Positions 19,800-28,697 of a DNA stretch of 64,000 nt are shown here, one piece after another. The position numbers and the translations under genes were made by a program. How positions within the stretch are numbered: the first letter of the stretch is position 1; each line of letters opens with the position of its first letter. The DNA comes from Planctomycetota bacterium (GTDB taxonomy: Bacteria > Planctomycetota > UBA8108 > SXIK01). Under the pieces are notes generated by a model, which had not been told where the DNA came from, made no database searches, and worked only from the letters and a program-made list of their open reading frames with translations. The stretch is from positions 6,816,001-6,880,000 of the forward strand of contig CBDCXR010000004.1 in the NCBI GenBank assembly GCA_965223845.1, written 5' to 3'.

Positions 19800-20876
19800 C
19801 TACCGGCGATCCGGTGCCGCGTCGGTTGAGCGTTCGGACCTTTCTGGTTTCTCTTTGGGTGCGGCGTCGCTCCCGCCGCCGGAAGATTCGTCGTCCGCCG
19901 CGAAGTACTCCGAGCTCGGATGGAACCGCTTCCAAGCGCGCCGGTACGACACGAGCGCGGGCAGCATCCGCAGTTGCGCGCCGCGAAGTCGTCCGCTCGT
20001 TGCTCGTCCCGTCGTTCGGTCCCATTCGCTCTTCGTTTCGCGGTCGCGAAGTCGGTCGCCCTCCACCGCGAAGGAGAGCACCCGGGTCTTCTCGTCCGCA
20101 CCCGAGATCTCGCGCGAGTAGAGAACCGCGCTCGTCGACTCCGAGTCGAAGACGACGAGCACGGGTGATTCCGCGATCACGTCGTCGACGACGGGACGTC
20201 GCGTCAGTGCGTCGAACGGATACGCCTTCGCGTGTCCATCGACGACGGTTCCGAACACGAAGCGCGCAGGGTCGCGATAGAAACTCCTCTCATACGCCTT
20301 CGCCGTGCGGCGAAGGGCGAGAACCGTCGTCTGGGGATGGCGTTTTCGCCAATCTTTCCAGGTCGTCATCACGGCAGGCAGGATCTCGAGCTGTGTCCCC
20401 TTCAGCTCGCCGTCCATGCACTCGCCCAAGATGTGGCTCCAAAGGGAGCCCGTTTCGAGATCGCGCATCACGAGACTTCGATTCCACAGCATGCCGGAGA
20501 CTTGAAACGTCAGCTTTCGACCTTTGACCTTGCTGGCGTAGACCACGCCATTGTGACAGAGGTGTCACCAGGTCGCGGCGATCGCGGTGCCGGCGAGGAC
20601 GTCGTTGATGATCTCGCGCGTCGGCTGCGTGAGCTGGTTGATCGGGTAGGCTCGCGCGCGTCCGTCGACGACGACGCCGAGAACGAGCTCCGTGTCGCGG
20701 ACCTTGTCGCCGATCGTCTCGGCGGGGAGAGTCGGCGCGTCGGTGATCGCGGGGAAGGGCGAGACGACTTTCCGCGGCTTGAACTCGCGTTCGCCGGCGG
20801 CGAGCGGTGTCCCGACCGCAGTGAGGGCGAGGATCGAGGCGGCGAGTGCGCCGAAGCGGTCTCGGGTGCTGATCAT
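19800..20876 (-). CDS. DUF3179-family exported selenoprotein (in-frame UGA at 20565-20567 read as Sec; 358 aa)
   Basis: The two track ORFs (20565-20876 and 19800-20546) are in one frame: GCG ACC TGG TGA CAC CTC TGT CAC AAT GGC GTG = ATW*HLCHNGV. This matches the DUF3179 'vTyCPLC.sg' motif with UGA at the first Cys. Other DUF3179 motifs: ARAYP..L..EIIND, FQVSGMLWN.SLVMRD.ETGSLWSH, TTWKDW..RHP.T, LRDRETKSEWD..TGRA.SG.L.G.QL. Signal peptide and GGAG RBS present. Confidence 0.85.
20525..20567 (-). promoter_or_regulatory. Bacterial SECIS-like stem-loop
   Basis: 14 nt after the UGA lies UGGCGU-GGUCU-ACGCCA (20534-20550), a 6-7 bp stem with a G-containing apical loop. A lower helix can pair UGAC with GUCA. 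Confidence 0.65.
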
Positions 20877-21188
20877 GAGCAGTCTCCACGGAGGGAAAGA
20901 TCGGAAACGTCTACGGTAGCCGCGCGTCTCCTTCGGGGGACAACCGATCTTCCATCGAACGGAGATCCTTGTCGTCGAGTTCCCGAAGATCGGGCTCGGG
21001 CAGCCCGGCGCGCGAGAGGCGTCGAGCTAAAAAGAAGCTCAATCGTACGACAAGCCACCCCTCGTGAGAACGCGGGTCGTCTATACTGTCGGTCATCTGT
21101 GTCCTTCCCCGAGCCTCTCATCGCTCGTTGAGACATCGGTCGACTCGAAGTTCCCGCCGACCAGGGCCGCGCGCAAGGAGTCGCGATC

Positions 21189-22673
21189 ATGATCAGCTTT
21201 CAATGTGCAGAATGTGGTGCGAAGTACCAGGTTCCCGAGCAGCACGCGGGGAAGCGAACGCGGTGCAAGAAGTGTGAAGCAGTGCTCGTGATTCCGGCGG
21301 TCGAGGCCGCGGTCGACGACGAACCGGCTGCGCCGCCCCCGCCGCCGCGCGCGCGAAGGACTAGCTCGGCGCGCCGCTCGAGCGCCGCGCGTCGCGGTTC
21401 GAGCGCTCGCCGAGCGGCGGCGCAGAGCGAGAAGACGGGCGGGTCGAACAAGGCGATCGTCGCGGTGCTCGTTCTCCTCGTAGTCGGCGTCGGCGGATAC
21501 TTCGCGTACGACCACTTCATCGCCGGTTCTGGGGACGGGCCGGCGGTGACGGACTCACCGAGCGACGGTCCCGAGTCCGCTCTGCCGTCCAGCCCGGATG
21601 GCGTGTGCGCCATCGAGCTCGCGAATCTCGAGCCGTTGCTGAATCAACTCCCGCGCTTCGTACCGCCGCCGGTTGGCAAGCCGATGAGCGTCGCCGATGC
21701 CCTCCCGGAAGCGGTGAAGAGCTCGCTCGACCCTCTCAAGGGGAGAGTTCTCGTCGCGTGGAAAACCGACGCCACGCCGCGACCGAATCTCGCCCCGAGC
21801 ATCGCACTCGTCTACGACGGACCGTTCGATCGCGACGGGCTCGTCCAGGCTCTCGAGAGCGAGGAACTCATCGGTGATCCGAAGGAGACGGACGGTCTCA
21901 CGGTCTACGCGGCGTACGAGACGGGAAGCGAGGCCCTCGCCGGAATGGGACTCCCCGTGCCGCTTCCCGGCGGGGCGGGAGCTGCCGACGCGGACGCGGA
22001 CGCTGCGCCCGAACCATTCGGCTCGTTCGCCGTGCTTTCGGATGGTGTGTTCTTGGTCGCGACGGACGATCTCTTCGACGATTGCGTTGCCGGCTACGGA
22101 GGGAAGAAGGCGAGAACGGAGAGCTACGCCGAAAAGCTCTTCGGTGAACCCGAAGCTTCCGCGGCGATCGTCGCCGCAGCGAATCTCAGTGGGGTCGGCG
22201 ACGATTCCTTCAAGCTCGACGGCGGCCGACTCGCTCTCGAGTACGACGGCGACTCGTCCGTTCTCGGTCTCAGCTCGACGCTCGATTTCGGCGACCGCTC
22301 GGAGCAGCTCGAGAAGTTCAAGAGCATGATTTCTCCCGAGGCGCTCCCGCCCCCGATGCAGCAGACGCTAAAGCCGATCCTCGACAAGCTGAAGCTCGAG
22401 GAAGACGGCGGCAAGGCCAAGCTCGCGATCGATTTGACGCCCGCTGACATCGCGCCGCTGCTCATGATGGCGACGATGTCCATGCGGCTAGGCGGACCCG
22501 AGGGACCCGGGGGGGCCCCGCCCGGCTTCCCCGGCGGAGAAACGCAGGGATTCGGTACGGCGGAACTCGATGAATCGAGCATCGAGATCGAATCCGATTC
22601 CGAAGTCGGTTTCGATGCCGGCGGGGAGGAGGACGGCGTCGAGATCGATCTCGACTCAGACGAAGATCTTTGA
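21189..22673 (+). CDS. Zinc-ribbon (MJ0042-like) membrane protein with acidic C-terminal tail
   Basis: MISFQCAECGAKYQV...GKRTRCKKCEA, Pro/Arg linker, single TM, extracytoplasmic domain. AAGGAG RBS. Confidence 0.82.
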   Translation: MISFQCAECGAKYQVPEQHAGKRTRCKKCEAVLVIPAVEAAVDDEPAAPPPPPRARRTSSARRSSAARRGSSARRAAAQSEKTGGSNKAIVAVLVLLVVGVGGYFAYDHFIAGSGDGPAVTDSPSDGPESALPSSPDGVCAIELANLEPLLNQLPRFVPPPVGKPMSVADALPEAVKSSLDPLKGRVLVAWKTDATPRPNLAPSIALVYDGPFDRDGLVQALESEELIGDPKETDGLTVYAAYETGSEALAGMGLPVPLPGGAGAADADADAAPEPFGSFAVLSDGVFLVATDDLFDDCVAGYGGKKARTESYAEKLFGEPEASAAIVAAANLSGVGDDSFKLDGGRLALEYDGDSSVLGLSSTLDFGDRSEQLEKFKSMISPEALPPPMQQTLKPILDKLKLEEDGGKAKLAIDLTPADIAPLLMMATMSMRLGGPEGPGGAPPGFPGGETQGFGTAELDESSIEIESDSEVGFDAGGEEDGVEIDLDSDEDL

Positions 22674-22839
22674 GGCGTGCTCGGACGAAGAAGAGCTAGA
22701 ACCTCGAAGGGTTGCGGGTGGAGCGCGACCGAGCCTCGCGCGGCTCGGCGGCTCCACCGAACGCGAACTCGGCCGTGGTCGTTTCTATCGCGGGATGGCG
22801 AACCGGCGCGGCGATCACGCTAGCGTACGTGATCTGCGC

Positions 22840-25146
22840 CTAACGCCGCTCGAGCTCTTCGGCGCCGAAGTGGAGCTCCGCGATTCCGCGGTAGACCTCC
22901 GGGACGTCGATCTTCCGATCCTCGCCCGAACGAAACGACTCGAGAATCGCGCGCTGGAGTTGCCGGTCGTCTTCGTACGGAGCGATGATCTCGTCGTCCC
23001 GTCGATCGGCGACGTAGAGCCGAAAGAGCGCGCGCAGAGCCCGCTGCAGTTCGCTGCGTGACATCTCGCTGCTGAAGCGCTCGTAGAGGCGGTCGAAATC
23101 CTCGCCCGCGAGACTCGGGTCCCACAGCTCCCCTTCGTCGTAGCGAAGAAGCACGGTTTGGAGATGGCGACGGACGAACTCGTTGACGTCGCTCGAGAAG
23201 AGGATGTGCGCGTACTCAACGACATCCTCGAGCTCAAACTCTTCGCGGTAGCTCTGCACCGCGACGTCCGGCGTCAATCCACCGCGACGCCGCGTGAGGT
23301 ACCGTCCCCTCGCCGTTCGCGCCGCGTGAAACGAGTCACCGCTGGGGAGACGGATTTCGTGAGTCGAGACGATGATCTTCGCGGGGCCACCGAGTAGATC
23401 GGAGCCGCGCTGGAGCTGGATCTGCGTCTGCTCGAGCCCCTTGCCGTACGTCTGTTCGCCCACGAGGCGCGCGACTCCGAAATCGCGGAGTGCGCCCGCG
23501 ACGAGCTCGGCCGAGCTCGCCGTGTAGCGGTTGACGAGGATCACCACGGGGAGCGAGAACCGAGGCGGATCGTCGCCCGGATAGACGACGTCCTCCACCT
23601 CGCCGCCTGGTCCGTGCAGAGTCGCGATCGGAAGACCCTGCGCCGAGTCGACGAACAGCTTGATCAGCGCGACGGCCGAAGCGCGGAGTCCGCCGCGGTT
23701 GTCCCGCAGGTCGAGAACGAGTCGCTCGGCTCCGTTCTCGATCGATCGCGCGAGCTGCGCCGCAAACTCGTCGCCGGTCTCGTTTCCGAACGCGACGACG
23801 CGCACGTACGCGACGTTCTTCGGCAAGAGGCGGTGCATCACGTAAGGGAACCCGACGCTGCTCCGCGCGAGCGTCACCGTCCGCCGCGGTTCGGACGCGT
23901 CGAGCGGTTGAACGTCGAGCGTGAGCTCGTCCGCCGAGGCCAGCAGGCGCTCGAATGGAGCCTCGGAGAACTCCGCGGTGGCGACGTCGTTGAGGAAGAG
24001 CAGCCGATCTCCGGTGTGGAGCGCCGCCTCAGCGGCCGGGCTCCCCCTTCGCACGGAGACGACGACGAGTGGATCGGTCTTCCCCGGCTTCGTGACTCGA
24101 AGACCGAAGCCGCGGTAAAAGCCCGCGTGGAGCTCCTTCTGTCGCTCGACTTCCTCGGGGCCGAGGTAGCGAGAGTACGGTCCGAGGAGCGCGAGAACTC
24201 CCCGGATCGCCGCCACGTAGAGTTTGCCGCGGTCGAGACGGTCGCGCTGGACGGCGTGGCGAAGAACGCGGGTCGCGACTTCATCGAGGAGCGCCGACCA
24301 GCCCTCCCGGGGCACCGAGCTGGGACGGCTCCGCCTCAGCGCTTCGAGCTCGCGCTGCTTCTCGCGCAGCCGCTCCTCGAGCTGACGGATCGGAGTGGAG
24401 CGCTGGCGCAGAAACAAGGCTGCCTCCTGTCCGCGCGCGGTGGGCTCCTGGCTCAGTTCGCGGAGTACATCCTCGACGAGGGGGAACTCCGTGAATCCGA
24501 TGCGCGCGAGGGCGAGGGCGGCTTTCTGCTTCCGCTCGAGGTCATCGTCTCCGAGAAAGTCGAATAGAGGGCGCACGAGGCGCCGGTCGTTCTCGAGCGC
24601 GTAGAGCGACACGGAGGCCTGAATACGAATGTCGTCGTCCCCGGACTCACGCGAGAGTGCGCGGAGCGTGAGAAACGCGAACGAGTCGTAGCGCTTTCGG
24701 CCGAGGAGTCGCATCGCGGCGATGCGATTCTGCTTGTCGCGACCGTTTCGAGCGATTCGGACGAGCGTTTGGTGCCCGCGGCGATAGAGGCTCTCCTCTT
24801 CGCGATCGGTGAGCAGCTCGGCGATCAGAAGACGGGCCGTCTCGTCGGCGGACTCGATGGCGGTCGCGAGTGATTCGGCGAGTTCGACCGGACCTGAGCG
24901 CACCGACGCGCGCAGAGGTCGCAGTTTGGGCCAGGACGTCTCGAGCGGAAGGAGCGCGAGCGCGCCCACCGTCCCGAGAATCTCCTGCGCGGAGACCGTC
25001 GTCGTCTCCTTCGACGGAGTGAGGCGCCCGCCCTGATCGCTCGGAGCGGCGGCCGCGTCCGCCGCGATCCCGCTGAGCGCGACGACGACGCCGGCGACCG
25101 CCGGGGCGAGCCCGAACGGTCGGCGTCGGAACACCGTCGTCCTCAC
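22840..25146 (-). CDS. S41 C-terminal processing peptidase with N-terminal HEAT repeats and PDZ
   Basis: Signal-like N-terminus, HEAT-like helices, PDZ (GFGLRV...SPAAEAAL..GDRL), LVLDLRDNRGG, catalytic TASSAE and TYGKG, GGLTPD. GTG start overlaps the upstream TGA (GTGA). Confidence 0.88.
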   Translation of the reverse strand: MRTTVFRRRPFGLAPAVAGVVVALSGIAADAAAAPSDQGGRLTPSKETTTVSAQEILGTVGALALLPLETSWPKLRPLRASVRSGPVELAESLATAIESADETARLLIAELLTDREEESLYRRGHQTLVRIARNGRDKQNRIAAMRLLGRKRYDSFAFLTLRALSRESGDDDIRIQASVSLYALENDRRLVRPLFDFLGDDDLERKQKAALALARIGFTEFPLVEDVLRELSQEPTARGQEAALFLRQRSTPIRQLEERLREKQRELEALRRSRPSSVPREGWSALLDEVATRVLRHAVQRDRLDRGKLYVAAIRGVLALLGPYSRYLGPEEVERQKELHAGFYRGFGLRVTKPGKTDPLVVVSVRRGSPAAEAALHTGDRLLFLNDVATAEFSEAPFERLLASADELTLDVQPLDASEPRRTVTLARSSVGFPYVMHRLLPKNVAYVRVVAFGNETGDEFAAQLARSIENGAERLVLDLRDNRGGLRASAVALIKLFVDSAQGLPIATLHGPGGEVEDVVYPGDDPPRFSLPVVILVNRYTASSAELVAGALRDFGVARLVGEQTYGKGLEQTQIQLQRGSDLLGGPAKIIVSTHEIRLPSGDSFHAARTARGRYLTRRRGGLTPDVAVQSYREEFELEDVVEYAHILFSSDVNEFVRRHLQTVLLRYDEGELWDPSLAGEDFDRLYERFSSEMSRSELQRALRALFRLYVADRRDDEIIAPYEDDRQLQRAILESFRSGEDRKIDVPEVYRGIAELHFGAEELERR

Positions 25147-26372
25147 CCGCTCCGGCCGCCCTGCTGTGCGAGGACGTGGCGGAACGACGTCAGCTCGTCG
25201 CGTCGCGGCGTCAGCCACTTCCCAGTGGTCGTCCGCTGCCGAATGGTCTCGCCTTGGTAGACAATGCTCGTTACGTGAAACGCTCGGTCGTTGAAGATAT
25301 GGACTCGATTCTTCGGGCCGAGGACGACCCACGTGCGCTCTTCCACGTCCCGATAGAACGCGTCCGTGGTCGCTCGCTGCGCGTCGTTGAGCGCGGTGGC
25401 GGCGGGACGCCGACGATCGAGATGGCGCGCTTCGGAGTGCTGCGTTCGGCGGGCGCGCTGGCGGAAGATGCGTTCGAGGTTGCGCGCGAGTCGCTGGAGT
25501 GCGGCGAGGCTCTTTTGGCGAACGAGCGCTGCTCGCCGCCGCTTCGACACGCGGAGGAGCGCGAGGTCACGGAGACGCTGGCGCGTCGCGCGGAGCGCGT
25601 TCGCGATACGCGGATCCGGCTGCGCTTCGAGCACCTCGTGTGCGGGCGTCCCGCCCGGAAGCGTCCCGAGGATATTCAGCACCGGCGCGCGCGCACCGGC
25701 GATCCGCACTGCTTGGAAGCAGAGCGCGACGGGGACTTGCTCGGACGAGCGCGTTCGCTTGAGCGGAAGGTATCCGAGCATGACCTGACCGAGCGCCTGG
25801 TACTCCGGGGAGTGCTTGCCGTAGACGGTGAGCTGAATCTCGTTGAGCGCTCGCGCGTCCTTCACGAGCGTCACCGGACGCGGCGGCCGCTTGTAGAGCT
25901 CGTCGATACGCGGGTCCTTCTCGTCGAGGAGGACGGACGCGAACTCGCGCCAGGTCGGCTCGCCCGTCTGCGAGTAGCCGGTGAACACCGTCCGCGGGTC
26001 GGGTGCGCGTCCGTGCTCGCAGCCGAAGGCCTCGCAGCGGTAGCAGAAGACGCGTCCGCGCGGAAATCGAGCCTCCTCGGCGGCGAGCTGCTCGACCGAT
26101 TCGCGCAGTTGCTCGTAGAGCTCCGTCGTTCCGGGGACGCGGTTTCCGCTCGCGGAAATGTCGAGTCGGAGCTCGAGCGCGTGGGCGGCCGGGAGCGACG
26201 GAAGGGCGCCCGAACCACGCTTCGCTTCGACGAGCTCGGCATAGACGCCGAGGAGCTCCTGCTCGAGCCGCTCGGCGCGGCGGCGCAGCGCACCGCAATC
26301 CGATGCCGCGCGAGTGGGACGGCGACCCTCGTGGACGAACGGTCCAGAACTCCTACCGTTGGTCGAAGCCAT
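25143..26372 (-). CDS. Hypothetical protein with CxxC-x4-C-x-H Zn site and basic C-terminal domain
   Basis: GGAGG RBS; FCYRCEAFGCEH; coding-like composition. Stop overlaps the S41 start. Confidence 0.8.
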   Translation of the reverse strand: MASTNGRSSGPFVHEGRRPTRAASDCGALRRRAERLEQELLGVYAELVEAKRGSGALPSLPAAHALELRLDISASGNRVPGTTELYEQLRESVEQLAAEEARFPRGRVFCYRCEAFGCEHGRAPDPRTVFTGYSQTGEPTWREFASVLLDEKDPRIDELYKRPPRPVTLVKDARALNEIQLTVYGKHSPEYQALGQVMLGYLPLKRTRSSEQVPVALCFQAVRIAGARAPVLNILGTLPGGTPAHEVLEAQPDPRIANALRATRQRLRDLALLRVSKRRRAALVRQKSLAALQRLARNLERIFRQRARRTQHSEARHLDRRRPAATALNDAQRATTDAFYRDVEERTWVVLGPKNRVHIFNDRAFHVTSIVYQGETIRQRTTTGKWLTPRRDELTSFRHVLAQQGGRSG

Positions 26373-26742
26373 GGCCGTACCTCCGTGTCGTTCGCGGTGA
26401 GCGCGGAATGCGGCGCTTGAGGCCGCCTCGGTGCGTCTCCCGAACGTCGGGCGAGACGACCGGGGTCGTCGCCGCCATTCGGTGTGCGCTCCGGAAAGCC
26501 AGCGCGCTCAAAGTGAGTTTAACTCGTGTTCCGGGTCAAGTAAACGCGAGCTGCGAGGCACGCGGGAGGGCCTGTGTCGTAGGTGGTTGAGCGACCGGGA
26601 ATTGCGCCTCGTGCCGGTCGAGTCGTCCGCGCTCTGACCGTAAGCTCAATGTATGCCGGATGCCAGTGACGGATGAGCGCCGCACCGCCGCGCGCACGGG
26701 TGCGATCGAGCGGAGCGCCCGCGCCGCGGCCACCGATCGCCG

Positions 26743-27327
26743 CTACGACCCGATGCTGACCAGCTCCACGTCGATTTTGACGTCGCTCGCCGGTGGGACG
26801 ACGAAGGCGTAGCCGTCGTCTCCCCACGCCTGGGACGCCGGGATGTGAAGCTCCCGCCGCTCGCCGACTCGCATCGTGACGAGCGAATCAACGAGACCCG
26901 AGATCAAGTCGTCGTAGTGGAGGGTTTCCTCCTGCGGTACGCCGACCTTGCGCGTGTCCCAGAACTGCCGTCCGTCCGGGAGCCAGCCCGTCCAGTGAAT
27001 CTTGATCGTCTGGCCGAGTTTCGGGCTCGGGCCGTCTCCAGGCGCGATGATCGTGAACCGAACTCCGGTCGGGAGGCTCCCGCCGGTGAATCGTTCGGCC
27101 GGATTCTCGCGCTCCCGGGGGGCCGCTTTGACCGTCGCCGGCTCGCCGGCGACGGCACCGTTCGGCGAGGAGGCGTCGGGCGTTCGCGCCGCCGGCGTTT
27201 CGGCCGGAGCCTCGTCCTCGGGCGCCGGCGGCTCCACGCCAGCCTTCTCCCCCGAGCACCCGGTGAGGACGGTCGAGATCGAGAGAGCGATGATCAGAAT
27301 GCGGGGTGAGCGGGAGCGGATCGTCAT
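26743..27327 (-). CDS. FKBP-type peptidyl-prolyl isomerase-like lipoprotein
   Basis: Lipobox LTGC; FKBP fold GDGPSPKLGQTIKIHWTGWLPDG..., MRVGERRELHIP...AWG, DVELV. GAGG RBS. Confidence 0.88.
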   Translation of the reverse strand: MTIRSRSPRILIIALSISTVLTGCSGEKAGVEPPAPEDEAPAETPAARTPDASSPNGAVAGEPATVKAAPRERENPAERFTGGSLPTGVRFTIIAPGDGPSPKLGQTIKIHWTGWLPDGRQFWDTRKVGVPQEETLHYDDLISGLVDSLVTMRVGERRELHIPASQAWGDDGYAFVVPPASDVKIDVELVSIGS

Positions 27328-27777
27328 GGGAGTACCTCACACGTGATCGATTCCGTGCGGCCGCCTGGGATCCGGGGAGGTCGACCGGCGATCGGAATCG
27401 ACGTTCAGAAGATCCGGCTAGAATACCCGGCGCGTCCCCATGGCGACAGAACGGTCCGGCTCGACGACGACCGCCGATGGCGGAGCGGCGCGCTTCCGAC
27501 CGCGAGCTTCTCTGTCCGCGCCGCGCTCGAGCGGATCGAGAAACGCGTTCCCTCGACCGCATTCGGCATGGTAAATCCTAATCGGAGCAGACGACGAGCA
27601 CGGGTCCCGCTCGGCGGTCGTTCTCGCGCCGGAACGGATCGGGGAATCACCGCCGCCGCGGATCGGCCGATCGACCGGGCGCGGTGTGGGCGTACCCGGC
27701 GATGGGACTTCGGCGAGGCGACGCGCGACGGCGTTCGCCCGCGCGTGCTCGGCACGGACGACGAGAGGTGAGAGACG

Positions 27778-28491
27778 GTGGTAGGATCGCGATCTCGACC
27801 GACGGAGTCGCGACGAAACGTCGTGATGTTCGGTCCACCCGGAGCGGGGAAGGGAATTCAGTCGCGAATGCTCTGCCGCGCGTTCGGCCTCGGGTATCTC
27901 TCGACGGGAGATGCGATTCGCGAGGAGATTCGTCGTTCGACTTCGATCGGTCGGCGAATCGAGGTCGCGATCGCCGAAGGTCGCTTCGCGGACGACGAGA
28001 GTATCTTCGCGATCGTCCTCGATCGACTCGATCGCGACGTCTACGCCGGCGGGTTCGTGTTCGACGGGTTTCCCCGGACGCTCGCGCAGGCGCGGCGCTT
28101 CGACGAGCTCCTCGACTCACGCGGCCGCCGCGTCGATGCGGCGCTCCTCCTGTCCGCGTCGGAGACGACGCTGCTCGAGCGGCTCGCGGGTCGAGTGGCC
28201 TGCACGGACTGCGGCGCGCCGTTTCATCTCCAACTGCTCCCGCCGAAGAACGTCGACGTTTGCGATGATTGCGGCGGCGCGCTCGAGCGGCGGATCGACG
28301 ACGATCCGATGTACCACCGACGAAAGCTCGAGATCTACGACGAGTGCACCGCCCAGCTCGAGGAGTACTATCGCCACCGCGGCGTGCTCCTCGAGGTCAA
28401 CGCCGATCAGCGCTTCGCCGCCGTCTCGGCCGAGCTGATGGCCGCGGTGCGCGGGCCGCGTCTCGCCGGCAGGCGGTGGGCGGTCGAGTGA
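27778..28491 (+). CDS. adk: Adenylate kinase (Zn-LID type), probable paralog
   Basis: GPPGAGKG, LSTGDAIR, GFVFDGFPRT..QA, LID CTDC...CDDC, R.DD. Confidence 0.9.
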   Translation: MVGSRSRPTESRRNVVMFGPPGAGKGIQSRMLCRAFGLGYLSTGDAIREEIRRSTSIGRRIEVAIAEGRFADDESIFAIVLDRLDRDVYAGGFVFDGFPRTLAQARRFDELLDSRGRRVDAALLLSASETTLLERLAGRVACTDCGAPFHLQLLPPKNVDVCDDCGGALERRIDDDPMYHRRKLEIYDECTAQLEEYYRHRGVLLEVNADQRFAAVSAELMAAVRGPRLAGRRWAVE

Positions 28492-28662
28492 AGCGGTGAC
28501 GGGGGAGCGGATCCCACCCGCTCGGCCGGTCGCGGCGAACGTCGCGTCGCCTGGACGGGGCGGGAGCGAGGCCCTCGGGATCCGGGACGCGCTCGAGCGC
28601 CACGAAAGCTCTGCGCGGGAGGATTCCGCGCGCCTCGGGGAGCGAACGAGCGGGGGGAAACG

Positions 28663-28697
28663 AAAAAAGGGCGCCCCTGAATAAACAGAGGCGCCCT
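28663..28697 (-). terminator. Rho-independent terminator (minus strand)
   Basis: Minus strand: AGGGCGCC-UCUG-UUUAUU-CAGG-GGCGCCCU followed by a U run (AAAAAA at 28663-28668 on plus). Confidence 0.8.

Noticed and set aside
19800-20876. DUF3179 as a pseudogene or two separate genes
   Set aside because: The only disruption is a UGA exactly at a conserved Cys, followed by a SECIS-like hairpin. The downstream ORF has no RBS of its own.
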